Virus record (IMG/VR): IMGVR_UViG_3300042898_002309
Location: 1-64,000 of that record
Direction: 5' to 3' (one strand)
Length of the DNA: 64,000 nucleotides
Origin: a virus
The position numbers were made by a program, and so were the translations under genes. Positions 41,127 to 49,700 of the stretch are shown piece after piece; the first letter of the stretch is position 1; every line of letters starts with the position of its first letter. The notes below the pieces were generated by a model. It was given only the letters and a program-made list of their open reading frames with translations, was not told the origin of the DNA and did not search any database.

Positions 41127-43685
41127 TTATAAGTATTCTAATTCACCTCCATTAGCAATGAAGTCATCTATTTCTTCTTGAGTCATGTATTGAGTATCCT
41201 CATCATCATCTTCAATATTTCCACCAGTAGCATAAACTCCTCCACCATATTTTGAAACACCATTGAATCCCATTTTATTTGGTCTAAATAATCCTGAGTT
41301 AGGATCATAGTCTCCTTGATCATAAGCATTATTTATACCATAATTACTTTCAGCAGATGTTGCATTTGCTAACATTTGATTTTCTTGTTTATTAGCTCTA
41401 ACTTGATCAGTAATATTTGCAAAAGCATTACCTGCTAATAAACTTAAATCTCCAAGTCCTGCTTTATCAATATCCCAAGCTTGTTTATTTCTAAATTTTT
41501 GAGAAACACCTTCTTGATCTTCATATTTAATACCTTCATTAACATAGTTACCATCTGAACCCATTCTTACTGCTGGAGTTTCACCTGTTAATGGATTTTT
41601 TTTAGGTTGTGAAAATGGATTTTCTAATAAATCTCCAGGTTCAGACATTTTAAAATTTGTATTTCTTTTTTTAGTTATATTACCTTCAAAGTCAACACAA
41701 TCACCTTTATAATCTTTTGTTGAACCCATTGGACAATCATTTATACCAGTTTCAAAACCTTCTGCAGCTTTATACAATTCTGGTATAGATACATCTCCTC
41801 CATAAGCATATTGAGTATAATCAATTGGCCCACCATATGCTTTATATGCAGGTCCTTGATGTCTAATTAAAAAATCTTGATATGAATTTTGATCATCTGA
41901 TAAATTAGAATTTGTACTACCAGCTGCTAATGCTTCAATTTTTTTTGCTTGATCAATTTGTTTTTGATTTTCTGGTGTATTAATAAATTCAGATTCAGGA
42001 TTTGAATTTGTAAAATTATTATTACCAAGAAATCTATTTAACTGTCTATCATCTCTATTTTCTTTTCTTTGAGCTCTTGGACTTATAGGTGGATAATAAG
42101 GTTCATTACTAGTAACTAATGGACTATTTTCTGAAGATTCAACAAGGTTATTAGGTCCTTCATATCCAACTCCCCATGGTATTAGTTTAGCTCCAAGTTG
42201 TTGTATTCCTGGTATTTTTGTATTTACCATTCCTCTACCTAATCTTTCACCAAAAGTTTTACCTCTATATTGTTCATCACTTGGATCACCCATTGATGCA
42301 TTATTTACATTACCTTGACCTGGATTATAAGTAGGTACTTTAAATGAAGCAATTTTTGGTGTAGCTCCATAGTTATATGTCATCTTTTTAGGTCTACCAA
42401 ATATTCCATATTTATCTACATTAACACTTGATGGTAATCTACCTGCAAGATCTGGTCCTGTATATCTTTCACCTGATTGAGTATAGTATGGAGAACCAAC
42501 AGCTTTATTATATTGTTCACCTCTACTAATAATAGGAGATCTAAATATACCTTGTCCATATCCACCTTGATTACCTCTTTGTTGCATGTACTGTTGCATC
42601 ATATATTGTTGCATCATTTGTTGCTGTTTTTGGGCAGTAGTAGTATTTTGAGTAACTAACTCATCATATTTCTTTTTATAGTCTTCAGTATCTGCAACTT
42701 TTTGATCTTCAGGTCTTTCAACAAAATCTGATATACCATTTTTATTTACATCTACAATACTATTACCAGTACCTTGATATTTATATAATGATCCACCACG
42801 TTTAGCATATCTTTGATAATCTAAATCAGAATCTTGATACTGTTCATCCATTGATTCATTATCACCTCCTCCTATAAATTTATATAAACCTTGACCTGTA
42901 TTACCTCCATATTGTTCTAATGCTGCAATATCATTTTGAGTATACATGTTATCAGAAAAGATATGTCTTCTAGCTGCAGTATTTTTAGCTAAATGATCAT
43001 ATGGACTTTCAGTATCTATTTGTTCTTGATTTATACCACCATCTTGTGCATATGCACCAACTTGTGGATTACCATATATAGCATTATATTGTTCTTCAGC
43101 TGCTTGTTTTTGTTGTGCTGAATTAACTGATTCACTAATACCTTTAAAGAAATTACTTACATGTTGTTCTCTACCACCAAGTACATCATCTGCTCCTGGA
43201 GAAGGTGTATTTCCACCTTGAGCCATTTTTGCAAACTTAGTATATTGATTTATAAAACTTCTTTTACTTGGTTTAGAACCACCATATCTTGCAACTTCTT
43301 CTTCTTCTTCTGCTCCTGCTGTTCCATCATCAACTACACTATTGATTATATCTTGATTACCAGTAACATACATTTGTCTTCTTGATTCTTCTTCTGCAGC
43401 ATTTTGTTCATCAAGTATTTTTTGTTGTTCTAATACTTGTGCTTCTGCTAAAGCAATTTTTTGTTTTTTTGAAATATCACTTTCACCATATAAATCATCA
43501 GCTTCTTCAATATATTTATCTGCAGTAGTTTCATCAATACCAGCTTGTATTAACTCTTCTTTAATTGCATCAATATCATAATCATCTACATTCATTTTTT
43601 CAGCAATAAAATTTCTTATTAATTGCTCTTGAGTAGGTTCATTTGACTGACCACCTGCTTTATATATTCTTACTCTCTTTTTCAT
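41127..43685 (-). CDS. virion cargo protein, low complexity, many xxxGG motifs
   Basis: 852 aa; about 12 xxxGG motifs; C-terminus YMTQEEIDDFIANGGELEYL. Confidence 0.7.
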   Translation of the reverse strand: MKKRVRIYKAGGQSNEPTQEQLIRNFIAEKMNVDDYDIDAIKEELIQAGIDETTADKYIEEADDLYGESDISKKQKIALAEAQVLEQQKILDEQNAAEEESRRQMYVTGNQDIINSVVDDGTAGAEEEEEVARYGGSKPSKRSFINQYTKFAKMAQGGNTPSPGADDVLGGREQHVSNFFKGISESVNSAQQKQAAEEQYNAIYGNPQVGAYAQDGGINQEQIDTESPYDHLAKNTAARRHIFSDNMYTQNDIAALEQYGGNTGQGLYKFIGGGDNESMDEQYQDSDLDYQRYAKRGGSLYKYQGTGNSIVDVNKNGISDFVERPEDQKVADTEDYKKKYDELVTQNTTTAQKQQQMMQQYMMQQYMQQRGNQGGYGQGIFRSPIISRGEQYNKAVGSPYYTQSGERYTGPDLAGRLPSSVNVDKYGIFGRPKKMTYNYGATPKIASFKVPTYNPGQGNVNNASMGDPSDEQYRGKTFGERLGRGMVNTKIPGIQQLGAKLIPWGVGYEGPNNLVESSENSPLVTSNEPYYPPISPRAQRKENRDDRQLNRFLGNNNFTNSNPESEFINTPENQKQIDQAKKIEALAAGSTNSNLSDDQNSYQDFLIRHQGPAYKAYGGPIDYTQYAYGGDVSIPELYKAAEGFETGINDCPMGSTKDYKGDCVDFEGNITKKRNTNFKMSEPGDLLENPFSQPKKNPLTGETPAVRMGSDGNYVNEGIKYEDQEGVSQKFRNKQAWDIDKAGLGDLSLLAGNAFANITDQVRANKQENQMLANATSAESNYGINNAYDQGDYDPNSGLFRPNKMGFNGVSKYGGGVYATGGNIEDDDEDTQYMTQEEIDDFIANGGELEYL

Positions 43686-43695
43686 ATAACATGTA

Positions 43696-43745
43696 ATATA
43701 TATTAAATATAATAATTTTTAGTTTACTGGATAAACATTAAAAGT
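43696..43745 (-). promoter_or_regulatory. putative late promoter
   Basis: Minus strand reads acttttaatgtttatccagtaaactaaaaattattatatttaatatata, similar to 37633-37682. Confidence 0.5.
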
Positions 43746-46700
43746 TTATTTGATTCTTTCTATGATATATCCTGCTTTTTCTAGTGCTTTAATTTCATCA
43801 TCATCTAAGTCATCTTCCCATGATTCAATATCACCACCATTTTTTTCTTGTTGTAATGCACCTACACCTAATGTTCCTGCAATTGGAGCAACTGCCCAAA
43901 CTTTATTAAATAACTTAGCAGCTGATTTTCCATTATCTTTTTTTATTATTTTAACAAACTGAGTATCTACTGGAGTATTTCCTAAAGCAACTTCTTTAAA
44001 CATTTTATCTGCTTGTTCAGGAGTTATTATATCATCAGGAGATAAATCAAAATATTTTCTAAGTTCCATTATTCTTGCCTGTACTTCTGTTGGGTCTGAT
44101 AAATAATCTATAAGTTTATCAACTTCTTTACTATTATTTATTTTTTTTCTTTCTTTAAGATAAGGATAATCAATTGCATCTTCAATAATTTTTTTTTGAT
44201 CAGTTAATTCTAAAGATTGTGCTTTTGTCCAATCATGTGTTAATTCATGTATTCCTGTACTTAATCTATTTTTAGGATCTAACCATCTTGAAACCCAATT
44301 ACCATGTCTTATAAATTGTGGTTTAGTATCTAAAGCATTAGGCTTAGTTTTAATTAATTTATCAACTTTAGGAATTTCAGATTCTAATTTATTTTTTGAA
44401 AGTGGAATATAAGTATTTTCAGGCATATTTAAAATTTCTCCTGGAATATCTTCATGAGTATAATTAATTCCTGCATTATCTTTATGAATATTAGGAAATT
44501 CAGTTAATTGCTCTATTATAGGATATTCTTGCAATCTTCCTGCAGGTTTATATCCACTAGTAAATTTAATTACTTCTTCTAAATTATGTTTTGCAATTGG
44601 TGAATTTTCAACTGTACCAAATACTGAATGATAGTTAGGTGATTTTAAACTTTCTTTATAACTATTAATAATTTTTTCTTGAGTTGCAGGATGACTCACC
44701 CATCCTTGCATCCAATTTTCAGCTTCTCTTAATGTTTTAAGTCTCTCTGGTGTTTTAGTTATAACATCATAAAATCTACCAGGTAATTTACCAATTCCTT
44801 TAATCATGTTAACAGCATTAGGAGAACCTGGTAATGTTTTACCAATTGCTTTAGTACCTTGATTTAAATATTTAGCACCTTGATTTATATCTTGAGCAAG
44901 AGATTTAACACCTTGTATAGCAGTTCTACCAGATCCTGGTACACCTGCAAATGCTAAACCTGTTTCTAAAAGACCTGTTGCATAATTACCTTTATGTAAT
45001 TCATTACCAGCATGACCACCCCAATATCCTGGATTAACTATATTAGCAAGATCAGAAATTTCAAATTGGCCTTTAGTTTGTCCTGTAGCTTTTAAATATT
45101 TATCATACTCAGGACTTTCAGTATTCATTAAACCTCTTCCCATTCCAGGTATATATGCTTGATTACCTGTTAATGCATTACCTGCCATAAGAATTGGGTG
45201 AGCAATAGCAGCTTGAGTTACATCTAAAGCTTTTTCAGCAAAAGACATTTTATTATATTTATTCCACTGTTCTTTTTCAAATGCTGCCTGTTCTTTTTTT
45301 CTTGCTTCACGTTTTGCAGTTTCTTGTGGAGAATTATAAAATGCTGCATTATTAATATCACTTACAACTTGTTTAGGTATTACTGTACGTGTATTATCAC
45401 TTACAGGTCCTCTAGGAATTGCATCATTTATTGCTTTTTGTTTTGCAAGTTTTTCTTTTGCAAGTTTTATAGCTTTTTCTTTATTAAGTTCTTGTTGATA
45501 TTTTTTTACAAGATCTTGCTTATTTAATTCTGGTGAGTCTGAATTTTTCTTTATATATTGTTGCTTATGATCTTGCATAAGTAAATTAAACTGAGGTGCA
45601 GGTTGCTCTAATGGTTTTTTATATACTGTTTTACCACCTTGTGCTTTATCTAATATACCTCCATTTTTAAATCCTCCTTCAATAGTTGCTGGTTGTAAAT
45701 GCCATTGATCTAATGCTGCACCAGTACCTATTGTTAAAGGTATAGCAGCTTTATATATATTAGGATTAGTCATGTCAAATTTACCATTATTTCTTAACAA
45801 AGATTTAATATTTTTTGGATTAATTATAGAATAGTTATTTTTATTAATTGGTGCACGCAAACCTCTTAGTACATCTCCATTAAATCCAGCATACATACCA
45901 GCATCTTTGATATTTTTAAAATTAACTGCATCATATCCTAATTTTTTAGCAATATCCGTAACTTCAGCTGTATCATATTTTTTCTTTGGCTTTATTCCCA
46001 AAACATTAAAATTTTCCTGACCAATTCTATTAATTAACTCATCATGATCAAGTTTTGTCCATAGTTTATTTTTAGCATCAAAAATTAATGGGTTTTTTGT
46101 TTTAGCAGCTAACTCATATCTTTTAGAAAAAGGATTTAATTTTAGTCTGTATGAATCAGCATCTTTAGGAGAATTAGCTAAATAAACCCCATCTTCTAAA
46201 TCACCTACTTTACCTTTTCTAAATTCTTGAATATTACCTTTATTAGAACCATGATATCCTGTAACATAGTTATCTCCAAAAGCATTTTTAAAGTTTTCAC
46301 TATTCTGTTGTACAAATTGTTCAGGAGTTCCTTTATAAGCAGAACCATCTGAATTTTTCATCCAAGTTCCATTAGTTTTAGTAGCTTCTTCTATTTTAGA
46401 ATACTCTTTTAATAAAGGTTCATCTGCAAGTATTTCTTTATTCCAATTACCCCAATTAATTTCAGACTGAAAAGGAGTTCTATAATCGTCTACTTTAGAT
46501 AATAAACCTGTTTCTGTTCCTAATGCTTTACCTAAATATTTAACACCTGGTTTTACACCTAATCTTACTGCATCATCAAGTAATCCTGAACCTGGTATAA
46601 ATCTTAATCCTTCTAAAAAAGCAGAACCATAATTACCCTTTCCTATATTTCTTACAACTTTATCTCCCGCATCAAAAAGATTTAATGTACTATTTAATGT

Positions 46701-49700
46701 ATTACCTACAAGATTTCTTCCTTCTACTACACCAGGATCAATACCTGCCATACGCATTTCATTAATATTATGTGGCATATTTTCTGCACCTCCTCCTGAT
46801 ATAGCATATTCTGCAGCAGTAAATGGATTAGTAATATATTCCCATGCTCTATTTGAATTACTTTGTGTTGGTGCTGCTTGTACTGCATCAGGTTCACCTA
46901 TTTGACCTACACCTGCACTTTTCCAATGCATGTTCTCAATATCATCTAAATCTTTTTGAGTAATTGCATATCCATTTTTTTTACCACTTGCAATATAATC
47001 TTTTTGAGAAGTTGCAATTTTATCTTTAACTTTTGTATATGCATCTTTACCTGTTACTTTAAACTTTTCATCAAATAATTTTTGTGCAGTTTTTTGTTGT
47101 ACAGTGGGTTGAACTGGTTTCTTTTTACTTGGTGTAACATTTTTTTCATTACTCCATCCAGCATTAGATTTACTATTTTGATCATTATTATATCTATCAA
47201 GTGCTTGTTTTTTTTGTATTGCTAAACCTTGTCCAACTATTTGTCCTAATGGAGAAGTATAAAAATTATAAGGTTTTTCTTTAACAGCAACTTTAGGTTG
47301 TACTTCACCTTTTTTTTGATAAGAATCTAATGCTCCACCTTGTCTAAATCCTCCTTCAATAGTTGCTGGTTGTAAATGCCATTTAGTTCTAGGTACTTTT
47401 TTATATCCCTGCAACCAATGTTGTTTATAAACATTAACATTTGGATGATTAAATGAAAGAGGTGCATTACCTGGTGTTGTAATTTCATAACCAAAATTTT
47501 CAAATGGAGATACACCATTTGTATTAAAATTTGCTATATCATGAGAATTAGTTACTTCAACCATATGAGGACCTTCAAATTTATTCCAATTCCACACTCT
47601 ATTATTTTTTCCACCAGCAAATGATGTTTTATCAATTACTTCTTGAGGAAACTTATATTTTTTAGCATCAAATGGAACACCTTGACTATAATATGTTTCT
47701 TCAAATGCTTTATTACTAAAACTTGGATCATATACATCTACTTGATTACTTCTAAATACACCAGATTGTTGTGCATCTTCTAATCCTTCTTTACCTAACA
47801 TTCTATATGCTGATGTAGGTTCAGGTTTCCATGCCCAGGGATTTACATCACTTACTTTAGATAATAAACCTGTTTCTGTTCCTAATGCTTTACCAACAGT
47901 TTTAGCACCTTGTGCAACATCATCAGCAACTGACTTAAATCCTGCTTTTGATCCTATTAATCCTGCTGCAATTTCTGCAGTTCCTGCTGCTGCTTCTTTC
48001 CAATCTTTAGTACCTTGTGATACATCATACCAATCTCTAACATTTTTAGGAGTTTGATAAAAACTATTAGCCATACCTGCGGCCATTGCAGCATTACCTA
48101 CAGTAGCACCTGGTACAGCAGCCATTCCTGGAAGTGACATTGCTCCTATAGCACCTGCGGCTTCTAATGCAGCTGGAGCAGCAAAAGGTAAAGTCCAAAA
48201 CCAATCAGCAGAACCTGCACTTTGTGGACCAAAATTAGGACCATGTAGTTTACGTGCCAATTCTTTTGACTGTTCTTGCCATTGCCAGTTTCTATATTTT
48301 TCTGCATATTCTTTAGGAGAAAGTTGTATTCCTTTTGGTCTATTATTATTAGCAGGTGTAACAGTTACTTCATCTAGATATCCAGTACTAGATATTATGC
48401 CTTTAGCTTTGTCACTTTCATATTTAGCTTTTTGTTGTTGATAATTTTTATACCATTCCTCATCAGGTAATGTTCCATCTGGTTCTCCCCCTTCTTTAAA
48501 ATTTTCAGTAAGAACTGCTGGTTTTAAATGTTTTTTATTATCTTGAATTACATTAGTATTAGAAGTACCAGTATTAATATTATAATTTTGACTACCAGCA
48601 GCCTCATCTGTCCATGGAACTTCTTTGTATGTAGTAACTGGTCTTTGTCTTTTTATATTTCCTAATACAGGATCTTTAATCCAATAATCTTCTACACCTT
48701 GAACTGGTACACGGAGTGTTCTTTGTACAGCTTTTTGTACAGGTATAGTCATTTGTTCTCTAACAGGTTTAGATAAAATGGATTGCTCAGGTCTTTTAAA
48801 TTCTTGATATGGTATATTATTAAGTGGTGTAACTTCTTCAATAGATTGTACAGGTTGTACAGGTTTTTTATATACATTATGTATTACTGGTTTTTTATAT
48901 TGTCCAACTCTATGTAATCCATTATTATATGTAACAAAACCTACTGGTTTATTTAATTTTTTAGTTTTATCTGAAAAAGAACCAATATTTAAATAATCCA
49001 TATAATCTTTGTCACTGAGTTTTATACCAAATTGTTTATCTTGATCTTTTAAATTTTTTAATGAAGTATTATATGACTCATATTTTTTTGTAGCAGAATT
49101 TATAGTTTGATTTTTTGGTGTTTTTTTAGTTTTATCTGCTTTAATAACATTATTTATTCCACTATTATAAAAAGATAAACTATCAGATTCAGCTGCAAAG
49201 GCTTTATTATAGTCATCTCTATTAGTATGTGTTACTGTTCTACCTGTTTGAGCTTTATGAAGTATACCACCATATTTACGTGTAACTACAGGTTGAGCAC
49301 CTCTTTGTTGTTGCTGATATTCAAGATTTTTTTGTTGGAAAGTATCACTATCTCTTTTTCTTCTAGCTGCCTCTCTTTGTTCTTGAGTATATCCTTCAGG
49401 TAAATCTAAATTCTCATCACCAGCTAATACACCATATCTTGGACCGGCATAATGAACAGGTTTTTTATATGGTTTAGCTAGAATAATTTGTTGTTCAGGT
49501 CTTGTAAATTCTTGATATGATATAGGTTTAAGAGGAGTAACTTCCTCAACAGGTTTTACTGGGTATTTTTTTAAATAATCTGCAGTAGGTGTATTACCAT
49601 TTTTATCTAGTATTTTTTTATTAACAGGTTTTTTATCTATTGGTTTTACTGATTGTATTGAAGAAGATAATCCTAATGTTTTTAATTTTGATTGAGGTAT

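Noticed and set aside
45668-47894. Repeats as a DGR template/variable pair, CRISPR array, or att/invertase sites
   Set aside because: Copies are identical with no adenine-specific mismatches, there are only two of each, they are direct and >1.3 kb apart, and no RT, cas or recombinase gene is in the window.
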